Positions 13,648-26,755 of a stretch of DNA of 64,000 nucleotides are shown here, one piece after another. Each line of letters begins with the position of its first letter. Positions within the stretch are counted from its first letter, which is position 1. This stretch comes from Eledone cirrhosa. Taxonomy: Eukaryota. The DNA lies in the NCBI GenBank assembly GCA_964016885.1, contig OZ024752.1, positions 32,488,001 to 32,552,000 on the forward strand, read 5' to 3'. The notes beneath the pieces are model-generated. The model did no database searches, was not told where the DNA came from, and saw only the letters and a list, made by a program, of their open reading frames with translations. The position numbers were made by a program, and so were the translations under genes.

Positions 13648-15335
13648 CAGATATTGTTATATTTTCCGGAAAAACATCGTAATTATTATATTTTTCTCTA
13701 TACAAGTCACTATGGAACGTTTTGAAAGACATTCAGCAGGATATAGAACACATCACCATCATCACCATCATCACCATCACCACCATCACCATCATCACTA
13801 TCACCACCATCACCATCATCACTATCACCACCATCACCATCATCGCCATCATCGCCATCAGCATCATCGCCATCATCAACGCCATCACGATCATCGCCAT
13901 CACCATCACCATCACCGCCATCACCATCACCATCATCGCCATCACCATCACCGCCATCATCACCACCATCACCATCACCATCACCATCATCATCAACAAC
14001 AATGCCGTTCTCTTTTATTCTGGTATTACAATTATTACTATTGCCACCATTATCACCAACACCTTCACCACCATCGTCATCACCATCACCATCGCCATCA
14101 CCATCACCACCATCACTATCACCATCACCACCACCACCTTCACCACCATCACCATCACCAACGCCTTCACCACCATCGTCATCACCATCAACACCAATGC
14201 TGTTTTCTGCTGATGTTGCAATCATGACATCATTGTCATCATCGTCGCCTCCACCATCGTCATCACCATCACCATCACCATCACCATCATCATCACCATC
14301 ACCATCGTCACCGTCACCACCACCATCATCATCGTCACCGTCACCATCGTCACCGTCACCACCATCATCACCATCACCATCGTCACCGTCACCACCATCA
14401 TCACCATCACCATCGTCACCGTCACCACCATCATCACCATCACCATCGTCACCGTCACCACCACCATCACCATCGTCACCGTCACCACCACCATCATCAC
14501 CACCATCACCATCACCATCACCATCAATGCCGTTCTATGTATATCTGGTTTTCTGCTGATCATCACTATCATCATCATCATTATCGTCGTCTCCACCACC
14601 ACCACTACTACCACCATAATCACACCATCACCATCGTCGTCGTCGTCTCCACCACCACCACCATCACCACTGTCACCACCACCATCACCATCACCACCAC
14701 CATCACCACCACCACCACCATCACCGCTGTCACCACCACCACCACTGTCACCACCACCATCATCAACACTGTCACCACTGTCACCATCACCACCACCACC
14801 ATCACCACTGTCACCACCACCACTGTCACCACCACCACCACTGTCACCACCACCATCACCACTGTCACCACCACCACCACCACCATCACTGTCACCACCA
14901 TCACCACCACCACCACCACCACTGTCACCACCATCACCACCACCACCACCACTGTCACCACCACTGTCACCACCACCACCACCACCACTGTCACCACCAC
15001 CACCACCATCACCACCACTGTCACCACCACCACCACCATCACCACCACCATCACCACCACCACCATCACCACCACTGTCACCACCACCACCACCACCACC
15101 ACTGTCACCACCACCACCACCACTGTCACCACCACCACCATCACCACCACCACCACCACTGTCACCACCACCACCACCATCACCACCACTGTCACCACCA
15201 CCACCACCATCACCACCACCATCACCACCACCACCATCACCACCACTGTCACCACCACCACCATCACCACCACCACCACTGTCACCACCACCACCATCAC
15301 CACCACCACCATCACCACCACCACCACCACCACCC
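13478..15335. repeat. Compound (TAG)n, (CAT/CAC)n and CACCACCACTGT arrays
   Basis: Direct reading. These arrays produce the His-, Thr-, Pro- and Gly-rich ORFs. Confidence 0.95.
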
Positions 15336-15742
15336 ATCTATCTATTGGCCTATATTGTTTGTCTCGATCAATAGATGCAATATCGAATAACGTCCATCAT
15401 TTTAATGAAATATTTCAGGTAAAATGTTCGGACCAATGGCAACCGAGGAAGCCATAGCTATGTGGGAGATGTTTTAGTTCTGATGCATCCAGAGAAGAAA
15501 TTGAAATTGCTTTAAATTCCAATATATTGAAAATATACATTCAAACAAAATATACCATTTCATATAAGACAATGGAAAGAAATGATTAGTTTAGTTATTC
15601 CAAAATAAAGCACTGACAATAAAGTACTAAACGTGTGCGTATGCATCGTATATATTTTTGTGTGTATAAATACATATATAAATTATATATTTATATATAC
15701 ACACACACACATATATATCATTTCATCATATTTCATTTCATT

Positions 15743-15875
15743 TCACGTCCGCTTTTTCCCTGCTTGCAAGGGTGGGACGGGAACTGATTCTGGCTTGATT
15801 TCTACAGCTGGATGCCCCTTCCTAACACCAACCTCATTTACAGTGAGGGCTGGGTGCTTTTTTTTCCGTGGTGCC
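15743..15875 (-). mobile_element. SINE remnant with a V-domain-like motif
   Basis: Minus strand ggttggtgttaggaaggggcatccagctgtagaaa resembles the V-SINE central motif. Confidence 0.5.
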
Positions 15876-15919
15876 TCCACGACCACTTTGCAGTGGAATG
15901 ATAGGGACCTCAGTCCCTA

Positions 15920-16067
15920 TCATCTCATTTCTACAGCTGAGTAAACTGGAGCAATGTGAAATAAAGTGTCTTGCTCAAGGAAACAACACATCACCCGGTC
16001 TGAGAATTGAACTCACAACCTTTCGAATGCAAGGCCAATGCTCTAACCACTAAGCCATGTGCCTCCA
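15920..16067 (-). mobile_element. tRNA-headed CORE-type SINE
   Basis: Minus strand tggcttagtggttagagc (A box), gagttcaattc (B box), then gttgtttccttgagcaagacactttatttcac (CORE). Another CORE fragment at 62561-62600. Confidence 0.8.
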
Positions 16068-16077
16068 TATATATATA

Positions 16078-16362
16078 TTATTAGAAATGTAAGCTATCGC
16101 CGTATTTTTTACTTAGCCTGATAGTGGGGTTAAGAACCCTCGGAGAAATGGAAAAAGATGAGTATTGGCGTACATGGGAGTCGAACCCACATCTTTGGTT
16201 ATCCGGACCACTGTGCTTCCATTTACATGTGGGTTCGACTCCCATGTACGTCAATACTCATCTTTTTCCATTTCTCCGAGGGTTCTTAACCACACTATCA
16301 GGCTAAATAATTACTTTAATTTCTTTAGTCAAAAATACGGTGATAGCTTACATTTCTAATAA
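16078..16362. mobile_element. Palindromic element with a tRNA-like head
   Basis: Inverted arms ttagaaatgtaagctatc.../...gatagcttacatttctaa. Internal T-arm GTGGG-TTCGACT-CCCAT and anticodon-like arm TGGT-ccggata-ACCA on the minus strand. Confidence 0.7.
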
Positions 16363-18031
16363 TTTCAGACCAACTCGCTGTTTCGAAAATATTCTTACTA
16401 TATATATCGGAGGAAATGTGGTAAGGAACCAGATGGGCCATAACGCACCAGAGTACTCAATACTTAGGGTAGTAGAGTGGGTAATAGGAAAAAGTATGAC
16501 CCCGACGGCAGATTCAAGCCGTTTCGACGGCTATTTCTGGACTTAAATATCCGTCCAAACGGCTTGAGCTCTGCCGTCGGGGTCATACTTTTTCCTATAT
16601 ATATACTGTATATATATATATATAAGTAGTTTCACAACAGTTAGTTCACCATACAGAGAACAAATGCTTCATCTTCAGTGGATCTTCAGCTCGGTCTGAG
16701 TGGAGTTGTACAGAAAAGGAAAATCAACCGTATGAATACGCATGCGCAGAAACGGTCACTTCTCCTGGGCGATTTAATCCCACGGTCAAACGGTGTAAAG
16801 GACAGGACATAACTGCGAATGTCCGGAATAAATTATTCGAGTTGATCAGAATATTAGAATGTTGAAGTTATTCAATCTGGAGCTTTGTAATTAAGCAAGA
16901 GGTGTTTCCAGACGTGTGGACACCGTGAAAAAAGCTCATGCCTTGAATTATATATATATATATATATATAACGATAAAGTTTCGTTTATACGTGTCTATT
17001 TTTTTGGTGTATCGACGCGTTTCGTAGAGGATTGGTTCAAAGTCAGCCATGGCAGTTATGCATTATTTTTAGCAGGTCGAGGCACCACGTAGTGACTGTT
17101 GTTGACTTGTAGTATGTATTGCTTTCATTCTAACCATATGCCCGTACGTAGTATCGGAGCTGTGATCTCTCAATTCGGAGAAGTAGCAGCTCTACCAGAG
17201 CGACTCTCCTATCTGCGAGCTACTCACTATCGAGTAACGTTACTCCAAAGAGACTTCGGAGGAAACCCATTTCAATTTATTCCTGAGACATTCTAACCAC
17301 ATGTCCGTTGTATCGGAGCTGTGATCTCTCAATTCAGAGAAGTAGTAGCTAGTTGACTGTTTAATATAGGGAGCTGGAATGAACCAGCCACTAAATAGAA
17401 AACAACGTCAAGCTTTATGTGACCGAGATCAAATTGTTGTCTATTGAAATTTTAGTTAATTCCCTCCCATAATCTTTTTATTTTATTTTTGGTAAACCTA
17501 ACATCTGTAGGTCAGATGTAAATTGAATGAAACACTTGGAAACATTTTTCATTAATAAATTCTTTTCAATGACAAAATGTATTATTATTTTACATTACAA
17601 GACTTCATTTATTTTTTCAACTTAATTAATTTCATTTACGATCTCTTTGAAGTGACACATGAGAAAAACTTTTCATTATTTCTGTATTATATCACACATT
17701 CATAATATAAATATCAATGGAATGATATCGGGTTCATTTTTTTAGATTTTTTTAATAGTTTGACACATAATTTACTCCCGCTGCTATTCCTCTCTCTCAT
17801 TTATCTCTTCTATCTATTTATCTCTCTCTCAATCTATATATTTATCTATCTCTACCTATCTCTATCCCCTCTATCTATCTATTTCTCTATCAATGTATCT
17901 ATTTATCGATCTCCATCTCTCTAGCTATCTATCCATATATCTATCGATCTCTATAAAGGAGTATATGTTCAGTCAATGTAATCAATGAGTTACATAACGA
18001 CACGTTTAGCGACGTTATGTCCATTAGCATA

Positions 18032-18490
18032 GGCGGTGGATTGGCAGTATCGGTAGAGGGTCGGACGCGATGCTTTCCAGCATAGTTACGTCCCTTTTCG
18101 ATCTGAGTTCAAATCCCGCCGAGGTTAACTTTGCCTTTCATCCTTACGTGGTCGATAAAATAAAGTACCAGTAATGCACTGGGTAATTGCTGGCCTTGTG
18201 CCTAAAGTAGAAACAGTTATGTCCATTAGCAAACAACTTCACTGAGGCTGTTTTATTATACCCAGTTGTAGGCCGGTGGATTGGCAGTATCGGTAGAGGG
18301 TCGGACGCCATGCTTTGCGGCATTGAGTTACGGCCCTTTATGATCTGAGTTCAAATCCCGCCAAGGTTAAATTTGCCTTTCATCCTTACGAGGTCGATAA
18401 CATAAAGTAGCAGTCATGCACTGGGGTCGATTTAATCGACTTTCCCCTCCCCCAAAATTACTGGCATTGTGCCTATAATAGAAATCATTA
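18032..18490 (+). mobile_element. Two full-length SINE copies (18032-18220, 18275-18490) with target-site duplications
   Basis: Consensus match; gttatgtccattagca flanks the first copy and ttatacccagttgta flanks the second. Confidence 0.92.
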
Positions 18491-18721
18491 TACCCAGTTG
18501 TAATGAAGGCATGTATTTGAGGGAAATTTAACTGCCTTTTCTAGCAGATCTGGAAAATTTACGGTAGACACAATGCTTATGCTATTGCGCTGTAGAGATT
18601 GATATTAGTAATGAAGGCATATATTTGTCGAAGCAAATATTTTGCGATGAATTAAGTTGACGAGAGATCACTTAGCATGGCTTTAGGAAAGAGTTGGTAT
18701 GATTGGTGAGTTGCATTGAAC

Positions 18722-18752
<31 letters not shown>

Positions 18753-19179
18753 TCATTGCTATTGTTTAACCCTGGGTCAGTAAGTAGAACTATGACCAAA
18801 GTCAATTCAGCCATGCTGACTGCATTCTGCAATCTATTAATATTTTGAAACATGAAGAATCGAAAAGCAATCGTTGAAGAAAATCTTTCAAGCATGCTAT
18901 ACATATATTATGGAAAAACCTTTTGACATATGCATTCTACTTTTTTAAATTCTAGAGCCATTAACTATAGTCAGTATAACTCCAACTATATTACTGGATG
19001 TTATGTCCTGCTGGATATAGGGAAACAAGTGTACGGTAATATAAGAATAAAACTGCTCCCTGTGACAAGGAAGTTTCTTCCTTTGTGTTCTCTTTAACAC
19101 CATTTAAGGAACACCGACCTTTGAAAACCACCACAACCGATCAATTCCTTAATTCATTATTGTTATCCACTTTAGATAT

Positions 19180-19742
19180 TGGTTTCTGATTTAGGCACAA
19201 GGCCAGCAATTTTGGGAGCGGAGGAAAGTCGATTAAATCGAACCCGGTGCTTATTAAATCGAACTGGTACTTTATTTCATCGACCCTAACCGTAAGTATG
19301 AAAGGTAAAGCTAATCTTTCAACATATTTCAGACCTATTACCTGATTTTCAAAAGTGAAACGAAAACGGTTCTAAACCAAAACGAACGATGTGTTCTTCC
19401 CTAACAGGTCTACGTTTCTGAAACATGGACGCGAAAATATTTCCTTGGTCTGATTTGACGAGTTCCACCCCACTCGGTTAGTGAATGAAGTCTGGCATCT
19501 TATCGTTCGATTCCTTAACAGTGACTGGAACGAAATCGAAGCAATTACATAATTTTTTCTACTTTAGGCACAAGGCCAGCAATTACCCAGTGCATTACTG
19601 GTACTTTATTTTATTGACCCCGTAAGGATGAAAGGCAAAGTCAACCTCGGCTGGCTGGATTTGAACTCAGGTCTGTAAAGGGACGTAACTATGCTGGAAA
19701 GCATGGCGTCCGACCCTCTACCGATACTGCCAATCCACCGCC
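19180..19742 (-). mobile_element. SINE copies at 19180-19315 and 19552-19742
   Basis: Consensus match on the minus strand. Confidence 0.88.
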
Positions 19743-22331
19743 CGAAGCAATAACATAATGATATAAAAATTTATCAGTTTATGCACCAAAATAGAAAGAA
19801 GAATTTTTACGAAACGAGAAATTTCCATGGGTTTCGCCAGTTATTGTTTGAATTTGCTCATGAATATAAATCTCCCAGGAAACGAAATGTCAACATCTTA
19901 GTTTATAATTCTGAAATCTTTTTCTTACTGACATGTCGATTTATGCTAGATCCCACATGCTTTATCTGCTGTAAATTGGATAAAGCGATTTAATATATGC
20001 AAGAGCTGCTGTCGTACGCGTAGAGTCATACTTCCAGCCGAAAGACAGTACACTATTACCGTATTCCATAGCTAAGAGAATTGCCTTGAGAGAATTGCTC
20101 AATCTTTATACTTATAAAGATGATGTAAAGAGAAAGCTTAACGTGAGACGTTTGCCAATCAACAGGCGAGCTTCTATGTGGTCACTTCAAATGTTAGAAA
20201 TGGCAGTCAAATATTCCTTCCTCAGATTGCGTATTGACTTTTTGAGAAAGGGATACATATTCGATAATGAAACCCTACATTCAGAATGTCGATAGACCAA
20301 GGAAATATTTTCGCGTCCATGTTTCAGAAACGTAGACCAGTTCGGGAGGAACACATCGTTCGTTTTGGTTTAGAACCGTTTTCGTTTCACTTTTGAAAAT
20401 CAGGTAATAGGTCTGAAATATGTTGAAAGATTAGCTTTACCTTTCAAGAGCAATAAAATTACCCATTTGTCATTAGAGTTGAGATGGGGCGAAATATCAA
20501 CCGTAACAGTCGCCTAATGCCTCAAATATCAGAAGCATTGTATAACATGCAATAAAGTCGAATAATGAACAATAATGAAATTTTTGAAGAAATGGAGCAT
20601 TACAATATCTTCAAGAAGAGCAAGACAAAATCTCAGCCCAACATTATCATAAGAATTCTGTCCGCCGGGGCTGTGTGTGTGGGGGGGGGGGCATCAATCT
20701 AATTGACTGACTTGTCATTTTATCAGTCAACACAGAAATTCCTGCCCACTTTCAGCACATGTATTGCGTGTGTTTGATATTTTTGTATCTCTGGGTAAAT
20801 TTTGTAGCCACTTCAATGTATTGTCTTAACATTTGTCACTGGTTTTACGAAATGTGACTACATTAAGACATCAAATTCACAGCACAACAGACATATAAAA
20901 TACAATTTTCATAAATGATCAGCCACAAAACCAAAAGCGCTGTTAACTTCCAAATCTGCTTCCATTAGAAAATAGTAACCTAAGTAAACATGAAAGAACA
21001 GCCGAACTCCCACTGTCATTGCCTCCATCTCTCTCGCCCTCCCCATCTCTCCGTATGGTAAGCAAATGGGGTCCCACGTGCTGGCCTCCCCACAGCCCTG
21101 GTGGACAGAATGGAGAAGGCGTTTTCCCAGAGAACGATTGCAATGAGGGTCGGCTGAAGAGTTCCTAGACCGACTATGACACTACTACCACCATCACCAT
21201 TTATGTAGTTCTTACAGATTACATATGACAGTGACGAGCAACAAGACCTGAGAGTCAAATGAATTCAAGATGAAACAACCTTGAATTAATTTTTTTTATA
21301 TCAACACATAAACCATCATCGGTGACCTTCTACAGGAAGAGAATCAATTGGAAGTTGAAGCATTAATGCTTTTCTCACGGCAACAATAAAAGTATGGAGA
21401 AATTTCTACAAAGAGACATCGATATCAGATTTTATATTATTCTCTCTGGACAGTTCTCTTATGTGTTTATTAGAATCATTACACAACATACGTATGAATG
21501 AAATATGAGTTAAAAGTTCTATCATATCAACTTGGTATTAGAAAACAATTGAGTATGTTATGTTAAGGCAAAATGTTTGACGTCTGAATGGTAAAATTTG
21601 TTTTCCTGACGTCAGCCATACAGCCATGTTGTCATTAATTTGTGTCTGTATCGAATCTTTCCATTATTTCTCAAATCATCCAAACAACAAGAGGTTTGAA
21701 CATTTAGGATTATTGTTGGTGAGACTAGAAACATTTTTTCCAACAATGATAGTACAGTAACGTTCACAGAATATTTCTGACAGGCGTGGCGACTAGAAAA
21801 GCTTTATGTTAATGTTTACTAACACTATTAGTATTTCACTAGCGCAGAAAATAGGAAGCCATTTGATTTATTGATTCTAAACATCCTATGAAATATCATT
21901 TCAATAAACAATGTTTTCAGAAAAAGTTCTTACTAATTTTAATATGTCCTTCAATAACAACAATAATTGCAATAAACAATAATTTTTATACGTAACAGTC
22001 TCAGATGTTAGAGACAGACATTCACAGACATCTTTTGTAAATTATAATTCCTCTGTGGGGACCATGGAACAATTTGAAGTACTTAGAGTATAGGAATTAT
22101 TCAGATAGACTACTTTAAGTTCTAAGTTCAAACCTTATTCAGTTCCTCCTTCTAAACGGTGTTGATAAAATATGAACCTTTAAAGTACTCAGGTTAAGGT
22201 CGGCTTCGAATATAAGTAAAAGTAAATACAAACAATGGACTGACAAACTAAATTCATCTATTAACATCTCATTTCTCGTCATTTGTTAAAGGTTTGTTTT
22301 TTAATGTATTGGAGAGTTTTATATGGAATAA

Positions 22332-23605
22332 TAATGGTTTCTTCTTTTGGCACAAGGCCAGCAATAAACCAGTGCATGACTGGTACTTTATTTTATCGAC
22401 CCAGTAAGGATGAAAGGCAAAGTTAACCTCGACGGGATTTGAACTCAGAATGACAAGGGCCGTAACTCTATGCGTCAAAGCATGGCGTCCGATCCACTAT
22501 TATATGGAATAATAATGGTTTCTTATATAGGCACAAGGCTAGCAATTTGGGGGAGGGGAAAGTCGATTAAATTGACCCCAGTGCGTGACTGGTACTTTAT
22601 TTTAGCTCTGGCCTGATGAACATCTGGGTTCGAGACAGAATTTAGCCTTTTAGAGATAGTCCAGAAGTTTATAGTAGTGTGTCTAACTATGGCCTTTGTT
22701 TGGCATGTTACGCTATGTTAGTATTTATCTATTCTGTGTAAAGACTGTTTTCATGATCTGATATGTCTCTCGGACTGAGTTCAAATCCCGCCGAAGTTGA
22801 ATTTGCCTTTCATCCTTCCGATGTCGATATAATAAAGTATCAGTTACGTACTGGGGTAGTCTATGTAATTGTCTTCCCGGCGTGCATATACGAAGAAAAT
22901 AAAATAATAATGTCTTTTACATTTCATTAAAATCTAACATTGAACTTATAGATTGTTGTTATACACTAAAGGGTGGTACGAAAGTCTTGTCCTCTCCCCC
23001 ACCCCCTTGTCACATGGTGGATTGGCAGTATCGGTAGAGGTGCTTTGCAGCATAGTTACGTCCCTTTACGGACTGAGGTCAAATCCCGCCGAGGTTAACT
23101 TTGCCTTTCATCCATACGGGGTCGATAAAATAAAGTACCAGTAATGTACTGGATAATTGCTGGCCTGGTGCCAAAAGTAGAAACAATTATTTTTTGTTTT
23201 AATAATATAATATATATCATTAATTTGGATTGGCAGTATTGGTAGAGGGTCGGGCGCCATGCTTTGAAGCATAGAGTTACTTCCCTTTATGATCTGAGTT
23301 CAAATCCCGCCGAGGTTAACTTTGCCTTTCATCCTTACGGGATCGATAAAATAAAGTACCAGTAATGCACTGGGATAATTGCTGGCCTGGTGCCAAAAGT
23401 AGAAACAATTAATTATAAGTGGATTGGCAGTATCGGTAGAGGGTCGGGCGCCATGCTTTGAAGCATAGAATTACCTCCCCTTATGATCTGAGTTCAAATC
23501 CCGCCGAGGTTAACTTTGCCTTTCATCCTTACGAGGTCGATGAAATAAAGTACCAGTAATGCACTGGGATAATTGCTGGCCTTGTGCCAAAAATAGAAAC
23601 AATTA
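22332..23605. mobile_element. SINE cluster (two minus-strand and four plus-strand copies or fragments)
   Basis: 22332-22495 (-), 22512-22602 (-), 22772-22860, 23016-23190, 23227-23412 and 23419-23605 (+). Confidence 0.9.
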
Positions 23606-23644
23606 ATTATAATATATAATAATAATAATATAATTTTCTATTTC

Positions 23645-23856
23645 AGAGGTCCTACAGTTTGGAAGAGAGGCTGCTTGCAAGTGTATGGACACATGATCGT
23701 GTGCATTCTGGCAAGAGCATGGAGGATGTGCGACATGACTTCACTGCAAGATTCGGCAAACCAGCTCCTCCGAAGAGGACGATACTGTGATGGGAACATA
23801 AACTGTTTCTCATTACTTTCTGGTAGGGGGTGACAAAACTTTCGGTCCACCCTGTT
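23645..23856 (+). mobile_element. Tc1/mariner-type deletion derivative: transposase N-terminal HTH (DUF4817-like) joined to a right TIR
   Basis: RSYSLEERLLASVWTHDRVHSGKSMEDVRHDFTARFGKPAPR-(frameshift)-TIL*WEHKLF, then ggggtgacaaaactttcggtccaccctgt (a CAGGGTGG-type TIR). Confidence 0.7.
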
Positions 23857-24687
23857 CATTAATTTTATTATATAAATTTTCAAATATATACTGTGCTGTG
23901 CATAAACATTTATTATAAAATCAATCACACCAACGACGAATGCACATTATGCAGTTGAGTTAAGTTCTAGTTTGCGTTTCATCTCAATATCGTTTGACTA
24001 TAGCTCTCTTCCTGGGCAAAAATGTAAGAATACTTGTCCTCTGATGAACTGCTGAATAGTCATGAAACATTTAAAAACATTATCGTATGTTTTCCGGATT
24101 ACGAAAAGAATAACAGAATTTGAGATGCAAACTCCTTAGCTTCATTTATTTTGTTACATATAGGTTTCCATATAAAATATTGCTGAGACCAGTCATTGTT
24201 ACATAAAAGTTTTTTTTCTCTGAATGATGTCGTCCAGTCATATAATCCACTATTGTTCCATATTCTATGAAACAGTTTTTGTTTGTTTGTTTGTGCAGGT
24301 GTAGATGGTGGTGGAATGGGTGTGAGGGGGCAGGAAAGAGAGACTGAGAGACAAACAGATAGAGAGAAATACAAAGAGAAAGAGAGACAGACAGACAGAC
24401 AGAACAGAGGGAGAGAGAGACAGACAGAACAGAACAGAGACAGACAGAACAGAACAGAGACAGACAGACAGACAGAACAGAACAGAACAGAGAGAGATAG
24501 GGGGGCAGAGAGAGGGGAGAGGGGAGACAGAGAGAGGGAGAGGGGGACAGAGAGAGGGGAGAGGGGTCAGAGAGAGGGAGAGGGGGAGAGAGAGAGAAAG
24601 AGAGACAGACAGAGAGAGAAAGAGAGAGAGAGACAGAGAGAGAGAGAGTGTGTGTGGAAATGGGAGAGAGAGATGCTGACAGAAAGA

Positions 24688-24729
<42 letters not shown>

Positions 24730-24734
<5 letters not shown>

Positions 24735-24769
24735 TACCTTTTTATGATGTCTACCTGTTATTATTCATT

Positions 24770-24803
<34 letters not shown>

Positions 24804-24970
24804 AATGAATAATAACAGGTAGACATCATAAAAAGGTAATTTATTCCGTCTGCTTACAAATGTTTCCACGGTGGTACTACAGCCTAGTTATGCTATGTGC
24901 AAATTTACAAGTATTTGCAGAACTCAAATATCCAATGCTGTGACCACTGTTTCCTCAGAGCAGAATATAT
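24730..24970 (-). mobile_element. HHR-bearing element whose 3' tail is duplicated in inverted form around a central (TA)n
   Basis: aaattacctttttatgatgtctacctgttattattcattcttta-(TA)n-taaagaatgaataataacaggtagacatcataaaaaggtaattt. Confidence 0.8.
24849..24964 (-). ncRNA. Type-I hammerhead with a long, branched stem II
   Basis: TCTGCT-CTGAGGA-a-ACaGTGGT-c-ACAGC...TGCAAAT(acttgtaa)ATTTGCA...GCTGT-agt-ACCACcGT-g-GAAA-CA(tt)TG-TA-AGCAGA, followed by aataaa. Confidence 0.78.
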
Positions 24971-25738
24971 ATATACAGAGAGAGGGGTGAGGAGGTGGGG
25001 AGAGGGGGGGATTGGGAGGAGCGAGAGGGGAGATAGGGTAGGGGGTGATGTGGGGAGGGGGGTGTGGAGAGAGAGGGGGGAGAGAGGGGAGAGAGGGAGA
25101 GGGAGAGAGAGAGGGGAGAGAGAGAGAGGGGAGAGAGAGAGAGAGGGGAGAGAGAGAGAGGGGAGAGAGAGAGGGGGGAGAAGAATAACAACAAAATAAT
25201 AGTTTTCATATCTAAAAACATTTAAAAAAATAGAAATAAAAACTTAAGATGTAATAAATAAACAAATAAAATATAAATAAAAAAATATTTTGTACAATAA
25301 AATGATAATAGAAAATAAATAATTGAATAAGAAGATATAGATTCAAACCTAACAGGAATATAGAAATTACCTAATTTCCGAAAATATAAAATATAGTTTA
25401 TACAATACAAACCACGTGATATACATCTTTCTAGACACAACACTGAAGTCTGTGTTATGTCGTCTAAAAATATATGGCGGACTAAAGGACTAAAATTGGA
25501 CGGAAAGTTGTTTTATCACATAGGCAATGCATTTTCTCTACCACTTCCATGAAGAAGGGGGTGAGAAAAAGGAGGGGGGGGTCAGAATCGACCTTCAGAA
25601 ATGAACAAGTAGGAAGAAGAGGAGGGATAAGGTAGAGATAAAGAGCAAAGGAAAAAAATGCCACCTGAATGTAATAATTATTCAATCCAACCCTTATGCA
25701 TGAAACTGCATTTTACAAGGAGGCCGATGAGGAGCATT

Positions 25739-25925
25739 GTGGATTGGCAGTATTGGGAGAGGGTCGGACGTCATGCTTTGACGCATAGAGTTACGGCCCT
25801 TTCTATTGTGAGTTCAAATCCCGCCGAGGTCAACTTTGCCTTTCATCCTTACGGGTGTCGATAAAATAAAGTACCAGTAATGTACTGGGTTATTGCTGGC
25901 CTTGTGCCAAAAGTAGAAACAATTA
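25739..25925 (+). mobile_element. SINE copy
   Basis: Consensus match. Confidence 0.9.
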
Positions 25926-26017
25926 TATATATATATATAGTAAGTTATTCCGGGTTGAATCGGAGGTAACCACAGTAAGTAAGGTACTCAATACATAGCA
26001 GAGTATAACTGTTTCAT

Positions 26018-26062
26018 TTCCTGATGATTTCTAAAGAATGAAACAGTTCTAGTCCTGTAGAA
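26018..26062 (+). ncRNA. Minimal type-I hammerhead (family A)
   Basis: TTC-CTGATGA-t-TTC(taaa)GAA-t-GAAA-CAG(ttctagtc)CTG-TA-GAA. Confidence 0.7.
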
Positions 26063-26115
26063 TCTCATCTATATATATATATATTTAATGTATAATAAAC
26101 AATACAGTATAATTA

Positions 26116-26184
26116 CCTCCTTACCAGAGGTTTCCCGAATAAGACGAATACAAGAAACGTCCGCATTCGTTCATCAGACAAGGC
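26116..26184 (-). ncRNA. Type-I hammerhead, distant relative of the 306-366 motif
   Basis: cctt-gt-CTGATGA-a-CGAAT..GACG(loop)CGTC..ATTCG-g-GAAA-CC(tct)GG-TA-agg. The downstream taattata..tattgtttatta resembles the 195-400 element. Confidence 0.65.
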
Positions 26185-26334
26185 AATTTAAAACATAGTG
26201 AAATTTTGAAAAATCTCCTCAAGAAAGGCAAAAGTTTAACGGGCAAAAAAGAAAATATATATATATATGTGTCTAGGGTGGGTAAAATTCCAGAGATCCA
26301 TGGACGAGTTCTCTCCAGCGGTCTCTGTCCCTCT

Positions 26335-26700
26335 GGCATCAACATATGTTAACCTCGGTCTTCCTCTTCCAGTGTGTCCATGCAGGGGCTCCCACAGGAG
26401 CACTGAGTGCAGCATCAACTCTGAATGTCGGTGAGCATGTCCAGCTAACCTCAGTCTCCTCTGTGTCACTTTTGAGCTGCCTTTCGGGCGGCTCCCGTAC
26501 AGCTCTGAGTTTTTCATCCTCAGTGTATACTGATTAATGTTCAGAGCCATCCTCAGCATTCTCGAGTAACACCCATCCACCATCTGAGTGAGTTTCTTGG
26601 TCAGTGTCCAAGTCTCAGACCCGTACAGCAGCACAGACTCCACTACAGCAACGAAGAGGCGGATCTTCAGGTCTTTACGAAGGTCCGACTTCCACACCGA

Positions 26701-26702
<2 letters not shown>
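26335..26702 (-). mobile_element. RTE-clade LINE ORF C-terminal fragment
   Basis: VWKSDLRKDLKIRLFVAVVESVLLYGSETWTLTKKLTQMVDGCYSRMLRMALNI...RRLRLAGHAHRH...LLWEPLHGHTGRGRPRLTYVD. Confidence 0.9.

Positions 26703-26751
<49 letters not shown>

Positions 26752-26755
<4 letters not shown>

Noticed and set aside
13568-15457. His-, Thr-, Pro- and Gly-rich ORFs
   Set aside because: Trinucleotide arrays that are open in most frames.
16166-16226. Functional tRNA gene
   Set aside because: The 5' acceptor and D-arm are truncated and the loop is non-canonical; treated as a repeat head.
17008-17030. Minus-strand CGAAACGCGTC (3' half of a hammerhead); a similar CGAAACAATTG lies near 36800
   Set aside because: No CUGANGA half was found upstream, so these were not counted.
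22608-22645. CTGATGAAC...GTTCGAGAC hammerhead-like string
   Set aside because: GAAA is broken and there is no convincing stem I or III.
24040-24075. CTGATGA-ACT..AGT-catGAAAC
   Set aside because: Stem II is out of register and stem I is absent; at best a very old relic.
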